Virus record (IMG/VR): IMGVR_UViG_3300032294_001063
Source of the DNA: an uncultured virus (IMG/VR IMGVR_UViG_3300032294_001063)
Lineage: Duplodnaviria; Heunggongvirae; Uroviricota; Caudoviricetes
DNA: 20,000 nt
Direction: 5' to 3' (one strand)
The notes under the pieces were generated by a model that saw only the letters and a program-made list of their open reading frames with translations, searched no databases and was not told the DNA's origin. Both the position numbers and the translations under genes were made by a program. Position 1 is the stretch's first letter, and each line of letters opens with the position of its first letter. Shown piece after piece: positions 1 to 8,016 of the stretch.

Positions 1-1
1 A

Positions 2-205
2 TGGGTAAGGGCGGTGGCAACAGTATGCATTATCTACATAATAATACCCATAGACCTATTTGATATACTCTTTCCTTGGATGGCATATAGCGATGATATC
101 TTCATAGCAGGGATATTGCTTAAATTATTACACAAGTATGGCTCATTGCCTGATGAAGATCCCATCAAGCCAATAGAGCTTATCAAGCAGATACTTGGCA
201 AATAG
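2..205 (+). CDS. DUF1232/YkvA-like small membrane protein, 5' truncated by window
   Basis: Frame open from base 2; Y-I-I-I-P-I-D-L ... D-D-I-F-I pattern typical of DUF1232. Confidence 0.6.
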   Translation, partial: WVRAVATVCIIYIIIPIDLFDILFPWMAYSDDIFIAGILLKLLHKYGSLPDEDPIKPIELIKQILGK

Positions 206-424
206 ATCCATATCCTAGGTTCCCCCCTCCATTTAACACCTCTCTAATAGCCTCCTATGGCTTATTTTGACCTATTTTAGATAGTATCTACCATAAAATA
301 TACTACTAATTCTTGACTAAATACTACTGATATATATGTAGTTAGATATACATGTAATTGGACCCCTCCATTTTACTCCACCGTAATCCACTTTGCTCCA
401 TATTGGAGCCCATGTCCTACTATA

Positions 425-665
425 TTTGAGGGATTTTGTCAATACCCTCGTAAATGGCATATTTGGCCCACATTGTCAAGGCTTCAGGGGCATTTAATAT
501 GTCCCCGTAAACGGGAAATTTTGCCCACAATTTTGACAGATTTAGATCACATTCTGTTATATTCTATATATGTTTCTTTAAATAAATATACATTTATATT
601 ATATTTTCTAAAATTTTGAGGGATTTTTTATATGTCTTCGTAAACGGACAAATTGGCCCACATTT
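425..665 (+). repeat. Three imperfect ~45-bp direct repeats AGGG-N16-CGTAAA...TT(G)GCCCACA
   Basis: AGGG at 429, 486, 619, each with CGTAA 20 nt later (449, 506, 639) followed by GCCCACA. Confidence 0.75.
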
Positions 666-708
666 TTTCCACAAAAAATCCACAGGCTGTGGATAAACCT
701 GTGGATAA
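665..708. promoter_or_regulatory. Cluster of four DnaA-box-like 9-mers near an AT-rich tract
   Basis: TTTTCCACA 665-673, AAATCCACA 676-684, TGTGGATAA 688-696 and 700-708; AT-rich 555-618. Confidence 0.65.
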
Positions 709-732
709 TTTGGGCTATATGTTAGATTAGAT

Positions 733-1149
733 CTACATGTATGACTGATCTATATACACTCTATTGTTGTTGGTATTTGTTTCGTGTAACCAAGAGTATC
801 TATAGTTTTGTTCCCGCTCTTTTGGTAAGCGGTCTATGATTGCTTTCCGCTCCGTGTTAGTTATAGGTAATTTAACATTGTTAAATGTATTCTTATCTTT
901 TATCTTATCTATAACTTGGTCTAGTTTGTATGCTATAGCAAGACCTTCTGATACCATACCGCCGTTTTCGACTTCTCGTTCATATCGTCTTGCTTGCTTC
1001 TCAATAACCCACGCTACAACTTCCATAATGCGGTCTAGAGTATAAGTTGGTTGGTCTGCTAGGAAACCTCCCAGAGAAGCAGGGTTAAAGAAATGGTCTT
1101 CTGAGTAATTACACAGAAGTTCTGCAATTTGTTGTTCTTTAGTTTTCAT
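733..1149 (-). CDS. hypothetical phage protein
   Basis: 138 aa ORF with AACGAAAGGCGGAG RBS and upstream promoter. Confidence 0.8.
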   Translation of the reverse strand: MKTKEQQIAELLCNYSEDHFFNPASLGGFLADQPTYTLDRIMEVVAWVIEKQARRYEREVENGGMVSEGLAIAYKLDQVIDKIKDKNTFNNVKLPITNTERKAIIDRLPKEREQNYRYSWLHETNTNNNRVYIDQSYM

Positions 1150-1170
1150 ACTCCGCCTTTCGTTTTTAAG

Positions 1171-1192
1171 ATTATATCATAAGGGGCTGACA
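1171..1192 (-). promoter_or_regulatory. PafBC/RecA-NDp-type promoter
   Basis: TGTCAG-CCCCTTATGA-TATAAT. Confidence 0.75.
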
Positions 1193-1229
1193 CTTGGCCA
1201 GCCCCTTACTTGTCCACCTACTGGACAGC

Positions 1230-1376
1230 TTACTTCTTTGGCTGTGGCTTCTCCGCCTGGAAGACCACGCCCTGTGCTGCAGCATCCTGCAGAGCCTTAT
1301 TAGCGGCGGACGAGAAACGTCCACGCTTTCCTACAGTAATTCCCTTTGCTGCTAGATATTCACGCTTTGTTGCCAT
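1230..1376 (-). CDS. Lsr2-like DNA-binding-domain-only protein (48 aa)
   Basis: MATKREYLAAKGITVGKRGRFSSAANKALQDA...; RGR AT-hook-like motif as in the Lsr2 C-domain; GAAAGGGG RBS; below ORF-track length cutoff. Confidence 0.65.
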   Translation of the reverse strand: MATKREYLAAKGITVGKRGRFSSAANKALQDAAAQGVVFQAEKPQPKK

Positions 1377-1408
1377 TTGTTTATCCCCTTTCAAGAGATG
1401 TTTTATTT

Positions 1409-1437
1409 ATTATATCGGATACCCACGATTTTGTAAA
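1409..1437 (-). promoter_or_regulatory. sigmaA-type promoter of the Lsr2-like gene
   Basis: TTTACA-N17-TATAAT. Confidence 0.6.
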
Positions 1438-1476
1438 TACCCCCGTAAGAGCTAAGATCAGCCCCTACGTTCCGCC

Positions 1477-1677
1477 TTATATATTAAGTTGTAAATCCAT
1501 TGATGTATCTTCATTTAGATATACATCTGTAGCTTCAATTACATCATTCGTTGCAATTGGATCCCATTCAGTTTCAGGTAATGAGTTTGCAATCTCCGCT
1601 GCCTCATATGGATCGGCAGCTTCAAGGATAGTATAATAGTTCTGATATTTATTTCCAAATACTCTATAAGCTGGCAA
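1477..1677 (-). CDS. hypothetical acidic protein
   Basis: 66 aa ORF overlapping the upstream gene in the operon. Confidence 0.7.
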   Translation of the reverse strand: MPAYRVFGNKYQNYYTILEAADPYEAAEIANSLPETEWDPIATNDVIEATDVYLNEDTSMDLQLNI

Positions 1678-1891
1678 GCTCTCTACTCTCCCATTCCGCT
1701 AATGTTCTAACAGTAAAGTCTCTACCTAGATTATAACAATATTTTACCGCCTTTGTCAATGACTCTGTCTCATATATTGGGATAGACATAGGTATATCAG
1801 TTTTATCATACACCTCAAACATATCCACCCCTCCAGGAGAACAACCGTAATTAACTTCCAGGATTTCTAAGCTTGGCTCATAATTGCTCAT
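1664..1891 (-). CDS. hypothetical protein (start MSNYEP)
   Basis: ATGA overlap with 1888-2040; AAGGGG RBS. Confidence 0.7.
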   Translation of the reverse strand: MSNYEPSLEILEVNYGCSPGGVDMFEVYDKTDIPMSIPIYETESLTKAVKYCYNLGRDFTVRTLAEWESRELASL

Positions 1892-2040
1892 TTTGTCCCC
1901 TTCTCTTTGGCCAACTTTTGCTGCTCTCGCCACCTCTGCCAATGATTAACTTGTGTAATCTCGACATCTACTTCAGGTGGGCATTCAAGAACATATGGCA
2001 CTCCGCCCACTATCTCTATCTTTACTTTATGCTTGCTCAT
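1888..2040 (-). CDS. hypothetical protein (50 aa, MSKHKVKIEI)
   Basis: Translated manually; fills the gap in a tightly coupled operon. Confidence 0.6.
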   Translation of the reverse strand: MSKHKVKIEIVGGVPYVLECPPEVDVEITQVNHWQRWREQQKLAKEKGTK

Positions 2041-2170
2041 CGCCTAGCCTATCTTTAATTAGTTTAGCAATGAGATTGTGTGCTTCAATGTTCTCTGTTT
2101 CTGACCCGCCCCACAAAAGTCTTTGTGCTTCTGCTAAGACCGAATCAACATATTGATCAGTTACCTTCAT
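2027..2170 (-). CDS. hypothetical protein (MKVTDQ)
   Basis: GAGGAAGAGG RBS before ATG 2170. Confidence 0.65.
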   Translation of the reverse strand: MKVTDQYVDSVLAEAQRLLWGGSETENIEAHNLIAKLIKDRLGDEQA

Positions 2171-2474
2171 CCTCTTCCTCCTCTTCTTCTTCAAACATTG
2201 TGTCGACAATGTATTCACGATTTAACATCCATTCAAGCACATCGTCTTGATGTTGTTCTGCCCCGTATTCCAGAGAGAACCCGTGGCCAGCCTCTACAGC
2301 CTCACAGAGGTTGTCCCACATCTGGTCCTGTGTCACGTTGGCCCTGTATGAATCGTCCTCTAAAATGCCATTAATTGTGGACCAAGTCCATAGCCAAACC
2401 AAGGAAAGGCCTAGGTCGGTGGTGTCAAGAATCTTTAAACATTCGTTTAGTTTATCTTTATCATCAGGCTTCAT
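2157..2474 (-). CDS. hypothetical acidic protein (MKPDDK)
   Basis: GGAG RBS; acidic tail. Confidence 0.75.
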   Translation of the reverse strand: MKPDDKDKLNECLKILDTTDLGLSLVWLWTWSTINGILEDDSYRANVTQDQMWDNLCEAVEAGHGFSLEYGAEQHQDDVLEWMLNREYIVDTMFEEEEEEEDEGN

Positions 2475-2739
2475 TACGTGCTCCAATCGCAAACGACAGT
2501 TGATAAGTTAGTTCATATAAGGCTACTAGAGTATCTAGGCGCCCTTCACATTCTGTACGGACCATAGAGTCCATTGCCTCTTCTGACTTTTCTTCTTGCT
2601 CTAATGCGCTTGCAAGGTCTTCCTCAGCAATCAACATTAGATTCTTTAGTTCGCCGTGCAAGATGTCGAGACCTGACACACCTGCATTAACCATACGTTG
2701 TAAATGGGGCGGGAGCCCAATATCTTCAACAGTCATCAT
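2464..2739 (-). CDS. hypothetical helical protein
   Basis: 91 aa ORF with AACGAAAGGA RBS. Confidence 0.75.
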   Translation of the reverse strand: MMTVEDIGLPPHLQRMVNAGVSGLDILHGELKNLMLIAEEDLASALEQEEKSEEAMDSMVRTECEGRLDTLVALYELTYQLSFAIGARNEA

Positions 2740-2930
2740 ACATATATCCTTTCGTTAGAAGCATTCATTATATCAGTAGCCACTGACAATAAATGCTCTG
2801 TTGCCATAATTTGTCCCTGGATATTAATCTTAGATTCAACATTCAAGTCTTTATCTAAGTCTTGGTTAAGACTAATTAAATGAAGTTTCATATACTCTAG
2901 AAAGTATGATGATTTAGTCTGTGTAGTCAA
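2736..2930 (-). CDS. hypothetical protein
   Basis: 64 aa ORF, TTG start after GGAGGG. Confidence 0.6.
   Translation of the reverse strand: MTTQTKSSYFLEYMKLHLISLNQDLDKDLNVESKINIQGQIMATEHLLSVATDIMNASNERIYV
2767..2788 (-). promoter_or_regulatory. PafBC/RecA-NDp-type promoter (within CDS)
   Basis: TGTCAG-TGGCTACTGA-TATAAT. Confidence 0.75.
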
Positions 2931-3096
2931 AGTAGCCCTCCGCCCATAGTCCCTGCATAAAACTAACAGCGTCCTCTAAGTCTTTAACTAAGGGGTCCTT
3001 GTTCATTAAATCTGACGGGGATCGAAGATAGAAAAGCTTTACATCGTGTATAGCATTAATCATTCTATTTAGATCTTCTTCTGTATAACCTAGCAT
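2914..3096 (-). CDS. hypothetical protein
   Basis: 60 aa ORF, GGAG RBS. Confidence 0.7.
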   Translation of the reverse strand: MLGYTEEDLNRMINAIHDVKLFYLRSPSDLMNKDPLVKDLEDAVSFMQGLWAEGYFDYTD

Positions 3097-3263
3097 AAAT
3101 CATACTCCATATCCCAAGATACATCAGGCCAACCTAAATCATATCTTGTACTATCTACTTTACCTAAATCGTCTAGGTGAGCATTAATTTTATTATGTGC
3201 TTCATTTTCATTATTAGCCATTACACTGCCTGCTAATTTAATTACAAAGTCATAACTTCTCAT
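3090..3263 (-). CDS. hypothetical protein (57 aa, MRSYDFVIKL)
   Basis: Translated manually; ATGA overlap with upstream ORF. Confidence 0.65.
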   Translation of the reverse strand: MRSYDFVIKLAGSVMANNENEAHNKINAHLDDLGKVDSTRYDLGWPDVSWDMEYDLC

Positions 3264-3475
3264 AAGTAATCCTCATCTCCCTCTTTTAGATTATAGAATT
3301 TATTAAATTCAGATTGAACAAACTTATCTCCTGACATTTCAGCAAATTGCTTATCTGCATAATATTGCCCCTCGTCAAGATTGCTATTAATCCAATCTTC
3401 AAGTAATTGTTCTGCTATATCTTGATAGCAAGCGTCAATTACCATTTGATTTACATCTTCTAAGAAACTAGCCAT
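3260..3475 (-). CDS. hypothetical acidic protein
   Basis: 71 aa ORF, GGAGG RBS. Confidence 0.75.
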   Translation of the reverse strand: MASFLEDVNQMVIDACYQDIAEQLLEDWINSNLDEGQYYADKQFAEMSGDKFVQSEFNKFYNLKEGDEDYL

Positions 3476-4259
3476 TTAGTGCTTCCTCCTGTGTGTATGT
3501 TTTTTCATTTGCTAATACTACACTATGGGTCTGACATTCTGCCATTTCTACTTCATTCTGCCAAGAGCCCTGCCCACATTCGGAGCAGAATTCACCGCAG
3601 TCATTTTCGCAGTAATCCAATGTATCAAAAGATTGACAAGCATAGCAACGATTCTCATATTCTAGAATAGTTTTAACATCACCACGGACAATCTCTAGTT
3701 CTCCGCCCCAACCTGTTTCTTCCTCATACTCTAATGTAAGAAGAGAGTTCGGAACAAGATTACTTAATTTAGTTAAGATAGTTACAGCAGGTGACCAAGC
3801 AGTTTCATATTTATAGACAAGCCAGTTGTCATCACCTTCTGATTTATATTCAAGTAATTCTGTATTTGAATACTCTTCGTCATCACGAACGGCTACATCC
3901 CACTTAGTTCCCCAGTTGGAGTTATTCCACGAATACCAATCTTTTTGAGTTTTAGCAAACTCAACAGACTTCTTAAACCAATTAGGGTCATTGGTGTCAA
4001 TACCACCACGAGAAGGTTGGCAAGCATATTCCTCATCAGTAATTCCGTCATCCTTATATGAGTGGATATTGTGGAAAGCAAAGACAGGATTATTATATTC
4101 AACCTGCTTAATTTTGGTGGGGAAACCCATAGAAGAGATATCACCCATACCATAGTTCTCCATTGCTAATGTGAATGGACGATTTAGTCTTTCTTTGATA
4201 GAATCAATTTCCTCTTTAGGTCCTTGAATAGTTAACGTGTTATAACACCAATTTGGCAT
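3468..4259 (-). CDS. YubB/Api92 (DUF1281)-like ferredoxin-fold protein with Cys-rich C-terminus
   Basis: MPNWCYN start, WYSWN..NWGTKWD and YETAWSP motifs characteristic of this family. Confidence 0.75.
   Translation of the reverse strand: MPNWCYNTLTIQGPKEEIDSIKERLNRPFTLAMENYGMGDISSMGFPTKIKQVEYNNPVFAFHNIHSYKDDGITDEEYACQPSRGGIDTNDPNWFKKSVEFAKTQKDWYSWNNSNWGTKWDVAVRDDEEYSNTELLEYKSEGDDNWLVYKYETAWSPAVTILTKLSNLVPNSLLTLEYEEETGWGGELEIVRGDVKTILEYENRCYACQSFDTLDYCENDCGEFCSECGQGSWQNEVEMAECQTHSVVLANEKTYTQEEALNG
3515..3536 (-). promoter_or_regulatory. PafBC/RecA-NDp-type promoter (within CDS)
   Basis: TGTCAG-ACCCATAGTG-TAGTAT. Confidence 0.65.
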
Positions 4260-4284
4260 TTTATTTCCTTTCGCTAATAACCCA

Positions 4285-4306
4285 ATTATATATTAGACCA
4301 CTGACA
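4285..4306 (-). promoter_or_regulatory. PafBC/RecA-NDp-type promoter
   Basis: TGTCAG-TGGTCTAATA-TATAAT. Confidence 0.8.
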
Positions 4307-4437
4307 TTTGTCTATGCAATATGGGTGTGTTTTACACCACATCCGATCAAAGCTGATCTCAATATGTGAAATTTCCAGGAATTAATATTGACATCCGTAA
4401 ATAGCATATGATACCCTCAGGTCTTTTGGGGGCCAAA

Positions 4438-4588
4438 CAAAAAATCCCTCAGCTAAGCTGAAGGATCTTAAGATAAGTAAGGCTGCTAGCAGAACGAAAG
4501 GAATTTAGTATACGCTGCTTTATTTAACGACTTGGGGGAACCCCTGGTAGCCGCACCATACTTCAATGAAAAGGCCCGCTAGGACCTA
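4438..4588 (-). ncRNA. candidate small RNA with anti-RBS sequence UUCCUUUCGUU
   Basis: Extended -10 TGATATAAT at 4594-4602, no ORF, 5' hairpin, intrinsic terminator 4439-4466. Confidence 0.5.
4439..4466 (-). terminator. intrinsic terminator
   Basis: ATCCTTCAGC-TTA-GCTGAGGGAT followed by a T run. Confidence 0.75.
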
Positions 4589-4614
4589 TTCATATTATAT
4601 CATATCTTAGTTAA

Positions 4615-5019
4615 CTAAACTGAGAGAGTAACGTCAGCATACTTCTCAACAAAGTTACTTAGGTCCATAGTAAAGAGCGCTTCATTGCTCATCCCATTAA
4701 CCTTGTTATCTAAGTCATTACGTGGAGCCTCTTCGTGAAGACTAAACGTTTGCTGTTGGAAATCGACAATAGCAATCTTGTGCTCATTATCGCCAATCTC
4801 ATTTACGTGCAGGCCCCATCCAGTTTCTGAATTCCATTCATCTGCTACCATTTGACTGATTGTAATACGTGTAGCATATGATGGGTCATTCCACCTAGGA
4901 CGTGCTTTAAACACTGCCTCTGCTAATCGAGCAAGCATTTGGTGGCCCGCCCAGTGCCCGTATAGTACAATTGTATTTCCATTCGGCTGTACGAATCCGA
5001 AGTTTGCTCTGTCTCCCAT
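4615..5019 (-). CDS. hypothetical phage protein (MGDR...LYGHW)
   Basis: 134 aa ORF with AAAAGGCGGA RBS. Confidence 0.8.
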   Translation of the reverse strand: MGDRANFGFVQPNGNTIVLYGHWAGHQMLARLAEAVFKARPRWNDPSYATRITISQMVADEWNSETGWGLHVNEIGDNEHKIAIVDFQQQTFSLHEEAPRNDLDNKVNGMSNEALFTMDLSNFVEKYADVTLSV

Positions 5020-5020
5020 T

Positions 5021-5230
5021 TTATTCCGCCTTTTCTAGTATAGGTGCTGCTTCTTCTTTTTTATTTAATTCTATCATCTCAAATGAGACCTTGTCAAGGG
5101 CATCCTTGTTTTTATTGTAGTGGTGGCCACAAAAGAACAGCTCACCATCTACTAGTTTAATTAGATACATAGCTTGAGCTGTACCGCATTGATCACAGCC
5201 AATCCATCTAGTTAGATCCTCAGATGTCAT
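5021..5230 (-). CDS. small Zn-binding protein (CxxC...FCGHH)
   Basis: CDQCG and GELFFCGHH motifs; start likely MTSEDL at 5230. Confidence 0.65.
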   Translation of the reverse strand: MTSEDLTRWIGCDQCGTAQAMYLIKLVDGELFFCGHHYNKNKDALDKVSFEMIELNKKEEAAPILEKAE

Positions 5231-5375
5231 AGTCAACAGTTCCAAATTCAATACGGTCTGCAATGTCATCATATACTTGGCCATCATCCTCAGATTCAGC
5301 CCACACACGAATATTTGCGACAATTACTTCACGAGCAAATTTGACGCCATCTTCAAAACCATCTTGGTAATCCAT
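5220..5375 (-). CDS. hypothetical protein (51 aa, MDYQDGFEDG)
   Basis: Translated manually; GGGAGA RBS. Confidence 0.65.
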   Translation of the reverse strand: MDYQDGFEDGVKFAREVIVANIRVWAESEDDGQVYDDIADRIEFGTVDYDI

Positions 5376-5376
5376 T

Positions 5377-5589
5377 TTATCTCCCTGTATATCCAGTCGG
5401 CTCGTATTCAGATACGTATGATTCTTTTAAATTATACTTATCTCTAATCCGACTTACCTTCTCAATGCTACCAGTTCCAATGTTGAATGTCAATGGTGAC
5501 AATGCCTGTGGGTCTAGCCCAATCATTTGTGCATCCCAATAGGCCATCTCCATAGATAGCCTATCAGGAGCAGTCAATTCAAAGTACAT
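5377..5589 (-). CDS. hypothetical protein
   Basis: 70 aa ORF, TAATG coupling. Confidence 0.75.
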   Translation of the reverse strand: MYFELTAPDRLSMEMAYWDAQMIGLDPQALSPLTFNIGTGSIEKVSRIRDKYNLKESYVSEYEPTGYTGR

Positions 5590-6242
5590 TATGCTTCCCT
5601 CACATAACAGATTTCAGTATCGACAATCTCAATGTTGCCACTCTGTGAATCAACAAAAAGATTATCTGTGATTTCTGTTTCGAAGTCATAGTCTTCAAGT
5701 ATGTTCAGGTCAATTGTTCCACTAACCTCGATGGTTGCGGTGAATTCAATTGTTCTAGTTAATTCAATGTTAAGCGCTTCAGCAATTGCACGAAGAGTAT
5801 CTTGGTCATCTGAATCAGCATATGCTTCAGTGATAATATCTTTAACTGTATTAATGTTGGATTCAAATACCCCAACACGCTTTTGTGCTTGACGTCCATT
5901 GTGTAGGTCCCACTCAATGCTGGCAACCTTATCAGTTGCATATTCTGCATCTGAATAACCACGGATTACTTTGTATGTAACCAATAGGTTAGAGTTATAT
6001 GTATCAGGAACTACAGATGTTGTTGTTTCTGTTGTCATTTTATTTCCTTTCGTTTCTGTTATAGGTGTATCTGTATACGGTATTGTAGCATCTTCCACTG
6101 ACAATAATGTGCAATTGGAGTTACATCGGCATGTGAGGTCCATCACACCCGCTGGCCATCCATATCCATCTTTAATTGTATATTCAATTAATGCGTCACA
6201 GTCTCCTGTGCACACCCAGGTATACTTTTGATATTTGGTCAT
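5589..6242 (-). CDS. hypothetical protein with Cys-rich N-terminal extension; internal start at 6038
   Basis: Leaderless ATG 6242 is 6 nt after TATAAT; second in-frame ATG 6038 has an AACGAAAGGAA RBS and its own promoter. Confidence 0.7.
   Translation of the reverse strand: MTKYQKYTWVCTGDCDALIEYTIKDGYGWPAGVMDLTCRCNSNCTLLSVEDATIPYTDTPITETKGNKMTTETTTSVVPDTYNSNLLVTYKVIRGYSDAEYATDKVASIEWDLHNGRQAQKRVGVFESNINTVKDIITEAYADSDDQDTLRAIAEALNIELTRTIEFTATIEVSGTIDLNILEDYDFETEITDNLFVDSQSGNIEIVDTEICYVREA
6082..6103 (-). promoter_or_regulatory. PafBC/RecA-NDp-type promoter (internal)
   Basis: TGTCAG-TGGAAGATGC-TACAAT. Confidence 0.7.
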
Positions 6243-6248
6243 GCGAGT

Positions 6249-6270
6249 ATTATAGCGGTACCCACTGACA
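6249..6270 (-). promoter_or_regulatory. PafBC/RecA-NDp-type promoter (leaderless transcript)
   Basis: TGTCAG-TGGGTACCGC-TATAAT. Confidence 0.8.
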
Positions 6271-6367
6271 TATACAAGCTTTTCAGGGTGTTTTTTATGT
6301 GATCCGTAACACAGAAATTTCGCCTTCAAGGTTGCGGGCATCTCACATATTGATATTAAATTCTTAG

Positions 6368-6441
6368 CGATCCATAACGGACTTGAACCGTCGACCTCTA
6401 CCGTGACAGGGTAGCGCTCTAACCAACTGAGCTAATGGACC
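6368..6441 (-). tRNA. tRNA-Asp(GTC)
   Basis: Cloverleaf GGTCCAT/ATGGATC, anticodon arm CTACC-CTGTCAC-GGTAG, T-loop TTCAAGT; no encoded CCA. Confidence 0.95.
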
Positions 6442-6448
6442 AAATGAA

Positions 6449-6472
6449 AACGGGGGAGTTTCCTCCCCCGTT
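6449..6472 (-). terminator. hairpin/terminator after the DUF932 gene
   Basis: AACGGGGGAG-GAAA-CTCCCCCGTT then TTCATTT. Confidence 0.7.
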
Positions 6473-6485
6473 GCAAATCATTTTG

Positions 6486-7490
6486 TTAGAATGATTTTAC
6501 CAACTTGAGAATTTTATTTTTCTCTGCGGTAAGAATTGGGTCAAACCCTGATGCACCAGCCATTAGTGTTTCAGAATTTCCACGACCTGAACGATAATAA
6601 TCAAGGCGCTCAGTTAGTGCATTGAACGCACCCCACTTTGTTCCCTTGATTGTAGCGTTAGTAGGTGAGTTGTGATACAAATCGTCAATGAGAACAACTT
6701 TGTTTTCCCACTTTTTCATTGCACCCTTCAAATCTTTATCAGGCTTTGGATAAAGAGTTGTAATCAACTTTGAAAATTCAGCATCGGTAATTGCTTGAGA
6801 ATAAAGAGATTGAGCCTCTTTTTCAAACTCATCGAAATACCCAAGAGCAAGCCCAAGAGTTTCACGAGCAACTTGAATGCGACCTTCAACAGATTGTGTG
6901 TGTCGAATCTTGAAAGATTGCTTAGCATTCTTCATTGCAAGATTCAATGTGTTTTGGCAAACTACACGAACAGGTGTAACAGCAGCCTGAACAGCAACTG
7001 AGCCATCGTGTGATGTCCAAACAATTAGATAAAGTTTTGTCTGGTCATTAGCGCCTTGTGGGTCAATAACCATTGTGCGAGGAATATCCACAGTTCCGAA
7101 AACAACTTTACCCTTTTTCAATGAGCCAGCAGATTCCCAACGGCAATCAGCATTAGCATCGTGAATTGCATCTGCAAACTGAAATAGTTCTTCATTCTGC
7201 ACAGGCTTGTAACGCTTACCAACAGTAGCAAGAACATCGGTTCCGCCATTGAATGGATTTGTGCGAACAACTAGAGATGATTCTGAAACATCGTTCCAAG
7301 ATTCGTCAATGTGATTTGTGATTGGTGATAAGCGAACATTCCAATTCGCTAACTTTGCCTCTTCAAGCATTGTTGCGGTTGTAACTTCCTCATCTTTTGT
7401 GAAGATACGATTTGCAAGGTTGTGCCAAGCAGGTGCGCCACGAAGAGCAAATGCAACTTCGCCGTTTTCGACTTCGAGATTGTGAGCCAT
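6486..7490 (-). CDS. DUF932 (TIGR03299-type phage/plasmid) protein
   Basis: MAH..., PAWH.L, Y.PVQN, ESAGSL..G, SHDGS, TPVRVVCQNTL, IRHT motifs. Confidence 0.9.
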   Translation of the reverse strand: MAHNLEVENGEVAFALRGAPAWHNLANRIFTKDEEVTTATMLEEAKLANWNVRLSPITNHIDESWNDVSESSLVVRTNPFNGGTDVLATVGKRYKPVQNEELFQFADAIHDANADCRWESAGSLKKGKVVFGTVDIPRTMVIDPQGANDQTKLYLIVWTSHDGSVAVQAAVTPVRVVCQNTLNLAMKNAKQSFKIRHTQSVEGRIQVARETLGLALGYFDEFEKEAQSLYSQAITDAEFSKLITTLYPKPDKDLKGAMKKWENKVVLIDDLYHNSPTNATIKGTKWGAFNALTERLDYYRSGRGNSETLMAGASGFDPILTAEKNKILKLVKSF

Positions 7491-7520
7491 TTTTGTCCTT
7501 TCGATTTGTTGTTGATTGCA

Positions 7521-7542
7521 ATTATAACAGGTGGCACTGACA
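7521..7542 (-). promoter_or_regulatory. PafBC/RecA-NDp-type promoter
   Basis: TGTCAG-TGCCACCTGT-TATAAT. Confidence 0.8.
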
Positions 7543-7580
7543 TTGTCTAGATTAGTTAGTCATTTGTCCGAATTGATCCG

Positions 7581-7660
7581 TGTGAGTAATCTCACAAATT
7601 TTTGGGCGTTTTCCACAGGCAGCCGTAAGGCTGTGGATAACCCCGCAGCTATTGCGGGCC
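7581..7660. promoter_or_regulatory. Intergenic module: CRP-type site, DnaA-box pair, CCCGCA/TGCGGG inverted repeat
   Basis: TGTGA-GTAATC-TCACA 7581-7596; TTTTCCACA 7609, TGTGGATAA 7632; cccgcagctattgcggg. Confidence 0.65.
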
Positions 7661-7671
7661 AGCTGGGAAGA

Positions 7672-7702
7672 TAGGGCGGGATTTCGGATTGATCCCGCCC
7701 TA
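7672..7702 (-). terminator. hairpin after gene 7708-7947
   Basis: TAGGGCGGGAT...ATCCCGCCCTA inverted repeat. Confidence 0.65.
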
Positions 7703-7707
7703 AGTCT

Positions 7708-7947
7708 TTAGATTAGTTTAGTTAGTTCAGTTTTCTTAGGAATAAATTCCATTGGTAAAAATAAAGCAGTTGTTTTCTTTTTCTTTAGATTGTCATAAAC
7801 ATAAGCACGGATATTTCCATCAAACTTACGCAGATTACTAAATACTAATTCGGTTAGATATTCTTTATCTACGCCTTGCTCTGAATAAATAGTCAAATCA
7901 TTTGCTTTGTTTTCGTCATAGATTTCTACACGATAACGGTTTTTCAT
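7708..7947 (-). CDS. hypothetical protein
   Basis: 79 aa ORF, AACAAAGGAA RBS. Confidence 0.75.
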   Translation of the reverse strand: MKNRYRVEIYDENKANDLTIYSEQGVDKEYLTELVFSNLRKFDGNIRAYVYDNLKKKKTTALFLPMEFIPKKTELTKLI

Positions 7948-8016
7948 TTTGTTCCTTTGTTAGTAGGGATATAAATTATAACATTGGGGGCTAGATTTTG
8001 TCTAGCCCCCATAAGA

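Noticed and set aside
2673..3336. Other CTGACA hexamers (2673, 3331; also 19076, 19536)
   Set aside because: No TAnnnT at 10-nt spacing, so not counted as promoters
4493..4530. AACGAAAGGAA as RBS of a plus-strand gene
   Set aside because: No start codon at suitable spacing
6243..6341. N-terminal extensions of track ORFs (6341, 10566, 11566, 12124, 5323, 1942, 2218)
   Set aside because: They run through promoters or overlap other genes; downstream ATGs have an RBS or leaderless geometry
6368..6441. tRNA-Asp as a prophage att site
   Set aside because: No integrase or duplicated tRNA end in the window; flanks are phage-like on both sides
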